Shown one piece after another: positions 28,573 to 37,766 of a DNA stretch of 64,000 nucleotides. The translations under genes were made by a program, and so were the position numbers. Source of the stretch: an uncultured bacterium (GTDB lineage: Bacteria > Zixibacteria > MSB-5A5 > GN15 > FEB-12); NCBI GenBank assembly GCA_965372795.1, contig CBDVDR010000002.1, positions 64,001-128,000 of the forward strand, written 5' to 3'. Numbering within the stretch: position 1 is the first letter of the stretch; each line of letters begins with the position of its first letter. A model generated the notes under the pieces. It was not told the origin of the DNA. It saw only the letters and a list, made by a program, of their open reading frames with translations, and did not search any database.

Positions 28573-29267
28573 TTATTTCCTCCTTAAAATAAGGAACATA
28601 TGAACATCGTTTGACCTTCGTTTTGCAATATACCGGACACAAGGTCATGAGGCATACCGCAGATTTCACGGAGTGTCTAGGGAAATGTGAAATATAAACA
28701 ATTGTCGACGAATTCATTTTCTTCCTATCTTTGGAGATGGAGTTTATAAATTGCTGAAAAACCCCAGAATAGTTGTATCATTATTTAAACGAGCTTCTGA
28801 ACTCTAACACTTATCAGTTAAATTGACTTAGTTTCCTCCTGTTTTTAAACAGACATGAATAGATTGGAAAAAAGGAAGCTGCGGAATAATATAGAAGATT
28901 GGTTTCAAATTCAGTCCGAAATAAATCTCAGACCTACATTGAAGTTATAATTACCCGTCAATTAAGGCAGGTTGAATCTTTAACATTATTTAGCAAATAA
29001 AAAAGGTATTAGGACAAGGACAAGCATCTTGAGTCATATTGTGGCTCTCAGACTCGATTGACGCCTATCATGCGCTCTGAAACTAAAGTAACTAATAATG
29101 TCTATTTGTCAAGAGGAAAATACAGGAAAAGGTGTATATAATGTATACAGTACTTTATGCATCCCTATTAATACCTCAGAGATGGATGCCGGTATCACAT
29201 ATTTTGGTTCTAAGTCAAAAGGATGCAATAATTTCTTGACGGAAGGACTAAATAATAATTCATTCTA

Positions 29268-31679
29268 TTGATGAGGCTTATATCATTAAAAATTTCAAAT
29301 TTCAGAGTTATCAAGGATGCCCACCTTGAATTCCCTGATAAAGTTATCGGGATTATCGGACCCAACGGCGCCGGAAAATCCTCTATAATAGAGGCGATAG
29401 CCTGGGCGTTATATGGCAATCAGGCCGCCAGATCCGGTAAAGATGAAATCAAATCAAACTTCGAAAGCAAATCTTCAATTTGTCAGGTGGACCTGACTTT
29501 TACTATTAATGAAGAGAAATTCCGGGTAATCAGACGGATTACCGGAAAAACCGACCGGGTCGAAGTTGAGCTGTACCGCGGGGATGCATCCGAATCGGTC
29601 GGCGTTAGCGAGACCAAAAATTATATCGGTGAATTGCTGGGGCTGGATTGGAGCGGGTTTAAGAGTTCATTTCTTGCCCGGCAACAGGAATTAAATGCTC
29701 TGTCAGATTTACAGCCTTCCAAAAGAAAAGATCATTTAGCCGGGATGCTTGGAATTGAGAAGCTTGATAAAGCTATGCAATATGCCAAACAGGACACAAA
29801 ACTGTATGCCAACCAAACAGAATTTCTTGAACGACAGCTTTTGTCAGCGAGCCAAATAGAAGCTTCTATAAAAGAACTGTCCCAAAGAATAGTTGAAGCC
29901 GCCCAAAATGAGGCAAAAGGGAAATCTAAATTTGAAGTGATTGAGAAAGTCTTTAAAGAGACCTCGGCGAATTTTGTAGAACAACAAGCCCGGAAAAACA
30001 AATGGGTGCATTTTACGGCGAATCTTGATTCATCCCAAAAATCAATCGAACTGTTCAAAAATAGGCAAATTACAAACCGGTCCGAATTTGATGAACTTCA
30101 AATACTCCAAAAAGAAAAAGAAGCAATATCTCATAAATTAAAAAATCATCAAAGTCTGATCGACGAATTTGAACAGCTCAAAGAGATTCGCAGTAAAGTT
30201 GAATATCTAAATCAGCTGAAAAATCAAAAGAAAACTCTGCTCCATGATATTGCTGAGCTTCAAAATAAAGATTCGAAAACAACAGACACTATATCATTAA
30301 AGCAAACCGAGTCGAAGAAAATTCCAGATGATATTGATTCTCAATTAAAAGAACATAAACATGAGCTTGAATTAACCCGTGAGAAATATTCTGAGTCCAA
30401 AGCTGATTTTGATTCATTCAACCGGGAATTAGCAAAACTTCAAAAACAACTGGGTTCTATTGGTGAACTTGGTTCCGAAACGATTTGTGACCGCTGTTTG
30501 AGACCGTTGGGAAACGATCTGCCTTCTATTAAGAAGCATCTGGAAACAGAATTAGAACTTATATTGAGTCAAAAGAGAGCAGCCGAAGCAAAGCTTGAGA
30601 AAAATAAAATTGCCGGAATCGCTTTAAAAGAGAAGTTGCTGGCTATTGAAAAAGATTTTGAATTGAAAAAAAGGCTGGCACATGAGCTGGAAGCGCTTGC
30701 CAAAGAAAAAGAAATATTTGAGCTGAATCTCAAAAACCTGAACCTCAGATTAAAAGAGATTGACGGTAAATTATCATCTGAGAAAGATGTTTCCTTTAAT
30801 GAAGCTGTTTTTGCGGAGCTGCAAACAAAAGTAGAACAAGCCCAAAAGAACCAGTTGCGGTTGAAACAGGTCGAGGGCTCATTAGAACGGCTGCCCAAGT
30901 TAACCGAAGAGATCAAAGAGACAGAGCTAAAAATTGCGGAATTTCAAAAACAAGTTGAAGCTGTACATAAACAAATTGATGATCTCGGTTTTTCAGAAAA
31001 AGGATTTACAGAACTTCACCAGTTATTTGAGGAAAAACAGGTTGAGTTTGAAAATTCGCGTGAAGAGTATCGCCAGTCCCAGAATGTGCATCTTTTGGTC
31101 AAGAAAGAACTTGAAGGCAAATTAGAGCAAAAAGAGACTTTGAAAAAATCCGAGGATGAACTTGAGGAAACCAGAACAGCCCGGTACCATACCGAAAAAC
31201 TGGCTTCGCTTTTTTCAGAGTATCGGTCTCATTTGATCTCACGAATTCGTCCGACTTTGTCGGATCTTTCGGGTCGCTTGATTGCTGAGATGACCGCCGG
31301 CAAATATAATATGGTTGAACTTGATGAGAAATATAATCTGCGGATTCTTGACTATGGCGATTATTTCGGGGTCGAAAGATTTTCCGGAGGTGAAAAGGAC
31401 TTAGCCAATTTATGTTTGCGACTTGCCATCTCGCTGTCTTTAACCGAAGCGGCCGGAATGGCGAGGTCGTTTATAATTCTTGATGAAGTTTTCGGTTCAC
31501 AGGACAGCAGCCGGCGGGAACTGATTGTTCAATCATTAGGGAATTTAAAAAACAGATTCCCCCAGATTCTGCTTATTTCTCATTTGGAAGATATTAAAGA
31601 TAAAGTGGAAATGTTAATCGAGGTGACTCCAACAGCAGCAGGCTATTCAGAGGTGAGGGTGAATGAAGAAATCACGTAA
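29268..31679 (+). CDS. sbcC: SMC-family SbcC/Rad50-like ATPase
   Basis: Walker A GPNGAGKSS, coiled coils with central CDRC zinc hook, signature FSGGEK, Walker B/D-loop ILDEVFGSQD and H-loop ISH. Confidence 0.85.
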   Translation: MMRLISLKISNFRVIKDAHLEFPDKVIGIIGPNGAGKSSIIEAIAWALYGNQAARSGKDEIKSNFESKSSICQVDLTFTINEEKFRVIRRITGKTDRVEVELYRGDASESVGVSETKNYIGELLGLDWSGFKSSFLARQQELNALSDLQPSKRKDHLAGMLGIEKLDKAMQYAKQDTKLYANQTEFLERQLLSASQIEASIKELSQRIVEAAQNEAKGKSKFEVIEKVFKETSANFVEQQARKNKWVHFTANLDSSQKSIELFKNRQITNRSEFDELQILQKEKEAISHKLKNHQSLIDEFEQLKEIRSKVEYLNQLKNQKKTLLHDIAELQNKDSKTTDTISLKQTESKKIPDDIDSQLKEHKHELELTREKYSESKADFDSFNRELAKLQKQLGSIGELGSETICDRCLRPLGNDLPSIKKHLETELELILSQKRAAEAKLEKNKIAGIALKEKLLAIEKDFELKKRLAHELEALAKEKEIFELNLKNLNLRLKEIDGKLSSEKDVSFNEAVFAELQTKVEQAQKNQLRLKQVEGSLERLPKLTEEIKETELKIAEFQKQVEAVHKQIDDLGFSEKGFTELHQLFEEKQVEFENSREEYRQSQNVHLLVKKELEGKLEQKETLKKSEDELEETRTARYHTEKLASLFSEYRSHLISRIRPTLSDLSGRLIAEMTAGKYNMVELDEKYNLRILDYGDYFGVERFSGGEKDLANLCLRLAISLSLTEAAGMARSFIILDEVFGSQDSSRRELIVQSLGNLKNRFPQILLISHLEDIKDKVEMLIEVTPTAAGYSEVRVNEEIT

Positions 31680-32322
31680 TCGTTATAAATCAGCTTTCAA
31701 GGCGTTTGTTGTAATCGCTCTGATTGTAATATTATACCAGATCCGGTTTACCGATGAAGTCGAGATCGACAAATCTCCTTTGGACCGGTTTGTAATTGTC
31801 AGGGTTATTGATGGCGATACGATAGAATTAAAAGGCGGGGACAAGCTCAGGCTGTTGGCGGTTGATACTCCTGAAAAAGGTGAGCCGTATTATAAAGAAG
31901 CCAAGCAATTTCTTGAGGAACTGACGCTGGGTAAAGTTGCTGAGATAAAATATTCACTTCGCCGCCGGGATAAGTATGGACGATTGTTAGGGTACCTGTT
32001 TGTTGACGGCCGGTTTGTTAATAAAGAAATTATTGAGAACGGACTTGGCTATTTATATTTGTTCAAGGATAATGATCTGTCCAGTTCGGAAATTAAAATA
32101 ATGCTGAACAGTCAACGTGATGCTCTTCAAAAAAAACAGGGGATATGGTCAATCAAACATGCTGATGAAGATTATTATTTAAACCCACAGGGATCATTCC
32201 GACTTCACCGCCCCGGATGTAAATCTATCCAACGATCTGATAAAAACAAGATGCAAAAATTTTCTGAGAGATTTGATGGTTTTATTCAAGGACTGTCACC
32301 TTGTCGTAATTGTAAACCATAG
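31663..32322 (+). CDS. Thermonuclease (SNase) with N-terminal anchor and C-terminal Ada-like metal-binding domain
   Basis: VIDGDT, RLLAVDTPE, DKYGRLLGY and HRPGC...PCRNCKP. Confidence 0.9.
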   Translation: MKKSRNRYKSAFKAFVVIALIVILYQIRFTDEVEIDKSPLDRFVIVRVIDGDTIELKGGDKLRLLAVDTPEKGEPYYKEAKQFLEELTLGKVAEIKYSLRRRDKYGRLLGYLFVDGRFVNKEIIENGLGYLYLFKDNDLSSSEIKIMLNSQRDALQKKQGIWSIKHADEDYYLNPQGSFRLHRPGCKSIQRSDKNKMQKFSERFDGFIQGLSPCRNCKP

Positions 32323-32478
32323 GTTTTGGGTGTTAGATAGTTTAGTGCCATTAACGCATCAAAATTATATTTAATCATATTATACCAATCAAATTTTTCT
32401 TACTCAAAAGAGTGGATTGTTAGGTCGCTGATACGCAATGGTTTTAGTGGGTGATGACCATCCATCTTTAATAGAGAA

Positions 32479-32494
32479 TGTGATGAATATCACA
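32479..32494. promoter_or_regulatory. Perfect CRP/FNR-family box upstream of the S8 protease
   Basis: TGTGA-tgaata-TCACA. A TTGACA -35 lies at 32542-32547. Confidence 0.6.
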
Positions 32495-32756
32495 AGCGAT
32501 GTGATAGTGCAATTATTTTATGTTTAAAATGAAAATTTAATTTGACAATGTTTAATGATTTGTCTTAACTATAAGCGTAGTCGGATTAAACGTGAATAAA
32601 TAATAATCAAAAGACATATATTTTTTTAAAAACTGAACATAATTGTATTAAAAAAACAATATCTACAAGAGCACAACCCTATCCACAAGAACAGGAGGTA
32701 ACGGTCGTATAGTTTTTTTAACATAGATTCTCATTAAAATTTTTAGTGGAGGAATT

Positions 32757-35700
32757 ATGAAGAAGTTTTTAACCGCCATACTACTATTAACTTTTTTCGT
32801 TTCCAGTTCGCTTTTTGCGGTGGGTAATGATCAAATTAAACAGGTCGATCGCAGTTTTTCCAAAGATGCACCTGCTTTTTTGGGATATAAGACTGATGAA
32901 TTGATTGTTGTCATGAAGGATGATCTTCCTTCGATAAATTTAACCAAATCATCAAAAGGCAATATGGCTCTCGGCATTCCAACGCTGGATGTTATTTCAG
33001 AGAGATTTGCTGTTTCAAATTTTGAACGTCAATTTAAAGGTAGTGAAAATTCTACTAAGAGAGGTGCCTCACAGCTCTCCAGGTATTATAAAGTAAAGAT
33101 TAATGACGGCAAACTTGATGATGCAATGGCAGCTTATGAAGCTGACCCAATGGTTGATCATGTTGAAAAAATCGGAATGCATCTCATGTATGCCACTCCT
33201 AATGATGGTTACTTTGACCCGTACCAGTGGTATCATAATCAGGCTAATGATGATGATTTAGATTCTCCTGAAGCGTGGGATATTCAGACCGGTAATTCAT
33301 CAATAATTCTTGCAATTTTAGATTCCGGAACCCGTTATTACCACCGTGATCTTGGTGGTGGCAGCACCAACCCCGGTAACCCGGGTGCAGCTCGCGGAAA
33401 TATGTGGATTAACGATGCCGAGTTAAACGGTTCTAACGGTGTTGATGATGATGGCAATGGTTATACCGATGACTGGATTGGGTATGATTTTATTTCATCA
33501 ACCAGTAACTGCTGGCCCGGTGAAGATTGTAATACGCAGGATAATGATCCCAGAGATTTTAACGGTCATGGAACCCATACTGCAGGTATTGTTGGTATGA
33601 TTACCAATAACGGCTACGGTATGGCAGGTGTTGCCGGTGGATGGGGAAATGGTTCCGAACAACAGTATGGCAACGGCGTAAAAGTAATGGCATGTCGAAT
33701 GGGCTTCTCCTACAATCATCCAATCTATGGTGAAGTAGGCGTTGTTTATATGGATGCTGCTGCTGAAGCATTTTATTATGCTGCTGACAATGGGGCTACT
33801 ATTGCATCCTGTAGCTGGGGTTCATCAAACTCCGGTGGTATCGCTGCTGCTGCAACATATTTTGTTAATGCCGGTGGGTTGATCTTTGTTGCCTCAGGTA
33901 ACGATGGTTCCCAAAATGCCGGGTATTTAAACAGTCGTAATGATTGTATTTCTGTTTCTGCAACCGATCAAAATGATGGTGCCGCAAGTTTTACAACTTA
34001 CGGAACCTGGGTAGATATTTCTGCTCCGGGTGTTGGAATTTATTCAACCCTGCATGATCATACCGATCCCAATACCGATTATTGGGCATCAATGGACGGA
34101 ACCTCAATGGCATGTCCAATGGCTGCCGGTGTAGCAGCAATGATCTGGTCGCAGAATCCTTCATGGACGGCATCTCAGGTTGAAAATCAATTGTATTCTT
34201 CTGCTGATAATATTGATGCTGAACTTGGTGGTCAATATATTGGTAAAATGGGAGCGGGTCGTGTAAATCTTTATAATGCGGTGAATACCGGTCCTCCTCC
34301 GGCTCCGGTTGCTAACTTTAGTGGTTCGCCTACATCAGGTACCGAGCCATTGAATGTGAATTTTACCGATCTTTCAACCGGAAGTATCACCGATTGGTAC
34401 TGGACTTTTGGTGACGGTGGAACCTCGACCTCCCAGAGTCCTTCGCATACATATACATCTGCCGGGACTTATAATGTAAGTCTTGAAGTTAACGGTCCGG
34501 GCGGTAATGATACGAATACTAAAAACGGATACATTACTGTTGATCCTTGTGTAGCTCCTACAGCAGGATTTACAGGTTCACCGACTTCCGGTGACTATCC
34601 ATTAAATGTAAGTTTCTCAAATAGTTCTTCAGGTGCAACATCGTATAGCTGGGATTTTGGTGACAGTGAAAATTCAACCGCTGCCAATCCGAGCCATACT
34701 TATAATTCAGCTGGAACTTTTACAGTTACTTTAACAGCAACTAATTCATGCGGGTCTGATCAACAGGTCAGAACTAATTACATCACTGTCACAACCCCGC
34801 CGTGTGATCCTCCTGTTGCTGATTTTAATGGTTCACCAACTTCCGGTGATTATCCATTGAACGTAAGTTTCACAGATGCCTCAACCAACAGCCCGACTTC
34901 ATGGAGTTGGACCTTTGGTGAAGGTGGTACATCAACATCGCAAAATCCGAGCTATATATATACAGCTGCAGGCACATATACTGTGACAATGACAGCAACC
35001 AATAGTTGTGGTTCAGATGGCGTGACTAAAGTTGATTATGTTACAGTAACCGAACCAAGTCCGGTTGGGTCAGTGTATGCGTTGTCTGATATTGTTATCG
35101 CGGGTACAGTAAGCGGGAATTACACCAATACTCAAAGCAGTGATAATTCTTATGAGTCTATTACTGAAAGAGAATCTGGTGGTAAACCTGCTAACAGAAA
35201 CAGTTATCTGGAACATAAGTGGAATTTCAATGTTCCCTCAAGTTCAGCTCTGACTTTTTATGTGGAAGGTTATCGTCCGAACAATGCTGAAGGTGATAAC
35301 TTTACTTTTGCATATTCAACTGATAATAATAACTTTACTAATCTGGTGACGGTTAACAGTGCAACCGAACAGGTTTATTCAGCTTCGATTCCTTCAAGTG
35401 TTTTCGGAACAGTTTATATTAGAGTGGTTGACACCGACCAGAGTACAGGTGCGAAAAATCTTGATGCTGTATATATTGATGAGATGTATATTGAATATTC
35501 ATCGGTACCGGTTGCTCCGGTTGCAGATTTCTCGGGATCGCCAACTTCTGGAAGCTCACCCTTAAATGTCAGCTTTACAGATTTATCATCCGGTAATCCA
35601 ACATCATGGAGCTGGACTTTTGGTGACGGTGGTAATTCAACCGCACAAAATCCATCCTACACCTATAATTCCATAGGCACTTATTCCGTGTCATTAACTG

Positions 35701-36380
35701 CTACCAATGCCAACGGGTCAGATGGTGTAACTAAAACTGATTATATCACTGTCTCAGCAACGGCTTCTGATATGCATGTAAATGCTAATACAGTAACAAG
35801 GGCAGTTAATAAGAAGAAGGGAAGAGGCGCAGCCACTATTGTGATCTTTGATTCCAATAGTCAGCCGGTTGCAAATGCAACGGTATTTGTAAACTTTGAC
35901 GGTCCCAATGCCGGATCATTAAGCGGCTTGACTGCTACTGATGGTTCAGTTTCATTTAATACGCCATGGAAAACAAATCCTGGTGGCGAATGGTGTTTTG
36001 AAGTTACTAATGTAACTCATGCATCATTAGCTTACAACTCGGGCGACAATGTTGTAACTCGTTCTTGTGAGAGCGGACCGGCTTTCAAGAATGAAGGTTT
36101 GAATAGTTTGATGCCTGAGGCTTATGCCTTGCAGCAGAATTATCCAAATCCGTTTAACCCGGCAACCGGCATCAGTTTCAGTCTGCCACAAAGCGGACAT
36201 GTTAGTTTGACGATATATAATGTCGCGGGCCAACAGGTTGAGGTTTTGGTCAACGGTGTTATGAATGCCGGATACCATACGGTTGAATGGGACGGCTCAA
36301 GTTATTCATCGGGAGTTTATCTCTATCGTTTGAATACAACCAATTTTGCTGATACTAAGAAAATGGTTCTGATTAAGTAA
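32757..36380 (+). CDS. Secreted subtilisin-like (S8) protease with four PKD domains and T9SS-type C-terminal domain
   Basis: Triad ILDSG / HGTHTAG / GTSMACP. Four W(T/D)FG(D/E) PKD repeats. QNYPNPFNP...KKMVLIK tail. Confidence 0.93.
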   Translation: MKKFLTAILLLTFFVSSSLFAVGNDQIKQVDRSFSKDAPAFLGYKTDELIVVMKDDLPSINLTKSSKGNMALGIPTLDVISERFAVSNFERQFKGSENSTKRGASQLSRYYKVKINDGKLDDAMAAYEADPMVDHVEKIGMHLMYATPNDGYFDPYQWYHNQANDDDLDSPEAWDIQTGNSSIILAILDSGTRYYHRDLGGGSTNPGNPGAARGNMWINDAELNGSNGVDDDGNGYTDDWIGYDFISSTSNCWPGEDCNTQDNDPRDFNGHGTHTAGIVGMITNNGYGMAGVAGGWGNGSEQQYGNGVKVMACRMGFSYNHPIYGEVGVVYMDAAAEAFYYAADNGATIASCSWGSSNSGGIAAAATYFVNAGGLIFVASGNDGSQNAGYLNSRNDCISVSATDQNDGAASFTTYGTWVDISAPGVGIYSTLHDHTDPNTDYWASMDGTSMACPMAAGVAAMIWSQNPSWTASQVENQLYSSADNIDAELGGQYIGKMGAGRVNLYNAVNTGPPPAPVANFSGSPTSGTEPLNVNFTDLSTGSITDWYWTFGDGGTSTSQSPSHTYTSAGTYNVSLEVNGPGGNDTNTKNGYITVDPCVAPTAGFTGSPTSGDYPLNVSFSNSSSGATSYSWDFGDSENSTAANPSHTYNSAGTFTVTLTATNSCGSDQQVRTNYITVTTPPCDPPVADFNGSPTSGDYPLNVSFTDASTNSPTSWSWTFGEGGTSTSQNPSYIYTAAGTYTVTMTATNSCGSDGVTKVDYVTVTEPSPVGSVYALSDIVIAGTVSGNYTNTQSSDNSYESITERESGGKPANRNSYLEHKWNFNVPSSSALTFYVEGYRPNNAEGDNFTFAYSTDNNNFTNLVTVNSATEQVYSASIPSSVFGTVYIRVVDTDQSTGAKNLDAVYIDEMYIEYSSVPVAPVADFSGSPTSGSSPLNVSFTDLSSGNPTSWSWTFGDGGNSTAQNPSYTYNSIGTYSVSLTATNANGSDGVTKTDYITVSATASDMHVNANTVTRAVNKKKGRGAATIVIFDSNSQPVANATVFVNFDGPNAGSLSGLTATDGSVSFNTPWKTNPGGEWCFEVTNVTHASLAYNSGDNVVTRSCESGPAFKNEGLNSLMPEAYALQQNYPNPFNPATGISFSLPQSGHVSLTIYNVAGQQVEVLVNGVMNAGYHTVEWDGSSYSSGVYLYRLNTTNFADTKKMVLIK

Positions 36381-36411
36381 GAACTGAATATACTCACCTA
36401 TATTCTTCTAA

Positions 36412-36443
36412 TAAAGTACCCGGTTTTCCGGGTACTTTTTTTT
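36412..36443 (+). terminator. Rho-independent terminator
   Basis: aaagtacccgg-tttt-ccgggtacttt followed by a T-run. Confidence 0.85.
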
Positions 36444-36542
36444 ATGGCTTCATTTGTATAATTTTGTATAATAGGTATCAAATTATATCGTCTGACTAAA
36501 CAGACTTCGTCTGACTGAATAATTATTTATTGGGATATATAT

Positions 36543-37163
36543 ATGATGAAATTAAAAGTTATATTATTGATACTGATGATAGTGCCGTCTGTTTTTGGGC
36601 ACAGTAAATCAAATTACCTGACTCCTCCCGAAGATTCGGCTGATACCGAAAATATGCGAATATGGGTGCCGGTTGAAAGGAGCACTAATTGTCGAATCAT
36701 GATTGATATTTTTGACAGCAAAGGTCAAATGATCCGACAGTTTATTAACAAGAACCATCCGGTCGGATACTATAATTATTTTTGGGATAAAAAAGATGAC
36801 AATAAGTTGTATGTGGATGAAGGTGATTATAAGTATCGGATACAGGGGTGCGGGCTTGATAAGAGCGGGACGCTCAAAGTTATTTATAAAAAGTGGGAGA
36901 GATTTTGTACGGTTGATTTATTTCCCGGTAAAAAACCGGAAGGCTTAAATTTTACCCTAAAAAGAGATTCTGCTTTAATCTCCATAGACATTCATTATTT
37001 CACCGGAAAACTTATTGATAAGCCTATCATTGATTCGGTGATGAACCGGGGTTCGCATAAATTTCATTGGCAGCCGCCGGAATCGGTTTTGCCGGGAAGA
37101 TATAAAGTAAAAATCTATGTCGGTGATATAATGGAAACCTTTATTATTTGGAATCTTAAATGA
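36543..37163 (+). CDS. Secreted protein with two FlgD-Ig-like domains
   Basis: Signal peptide. IDIFDSKGQMIR...YFWDKKD...GDYKYRI and a second similar repeat. Confidence 0.65.
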   Translation: MMKLKVILLILMIVPSVFGHSKSNYLTPPEDSADTENMRIWVPVERSTNCRIMIDIFDSKGQMIRQFINKNHPVGYYNYFWDKKDDNKLYVDEGDYKYRIQGCGLDKSGTLKVIYKKWERFCTVDLFPGKKPEGLNFTLKRDSALISIDIHYFTGKLIDKPIIDSVMNRGSHKFHWQPPESVLPGRYKVKIYVGDIMETFIIWNLK

Positions 37164-37624
37164 ACCGATGGTTAAAATATTCCTTTCTGGTTTTGACGCT
37201 GTTGTTGTTTTTGTCAAGTTGCGGCAAAAAACAGACAATGATCTACAGTCAGCCGGAATTGCCAGGTGCGGTTTACTATCAAAAAGCCTGGGTTGAACCA
37301 AAGATAATTTTGTCTGATACTTTAATTACTTTGATAAAAGCCGAACGGATCGATTCATTTTTGGTTAAGACCCCTTCAAAGCTTACGACCCGAATGGATA
37401 ATTCAATTCAGTTTGAAGTGACGCAGGACAGTTGCTATACTTATGCCAATTTGTTAAATGCCAAAGGACAGGTCATTGAAGTGCTGATGACCGAATATCT
37501 GTCCAAAGGATTTTATAAGCTGAATTGTGATGTCGGGCGGATCAATTTTGAAAATAATAAGGCCGGTTATTTCTTTATCAAAGGGCGTTATTGCGGGTCT
37601 GAGATTTCCCGAAAAATCCCCTGA
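37160..37624 (+). CDS. Lipoprotein with FlgD/CTD-like Ig fold
   Basis: Lipobox LSSC. ATGA overlap with the upstream gene. Confidence 0.65.
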   Translation: MNRWLKYSFLVLTLLLFLSSCGKKQTMIYSQPELPGAVYYQKAWVEPKIILSDTLITLIKAERIDSFLVKTPSKLTTRMDNSIQFEVTQDSCYTYANLLNAKGQVIEVLMTEYLSKGFYKLNCDVGRINFENNKAGYFFIKGRYCGSEISRKIP

Positions 37625-37685
37625 ATCGTTTGTAATTCAACAATATTCATCAATAAATCTGTCTAATATTTGCGCAGGAATCGCC

Positions 37686-37712
37686 TTAACCAGTATGGGG
37701 ATAAGCCGATAA
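37686..37712 (+). promoter_or_regulatory. Sigma28-like promoter
   Basis: TTAA-N15-GCCGATAA upstream of the NtrC-type regulator. Confidence 0.45.
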
Positions 37713-37766
37713 TTCTTAAGTAGACAAAATAATTAGGTAAACAATTTTACGCCCTTAGGAGTATGC

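Noticed and set aside
28573..29267. Named riboswitch, tRNA or small ORF in the long intergenic region
   Set aside because: No recognisable consensus. The AGGAGG at ~28835-28840 (minus strand) is not followed by a usable start codon.
32660..32700. oriC call from a single CTATCCACA
   Set aside because: One imperfect DnaA box is insufficient and no clear box cluster was seen.
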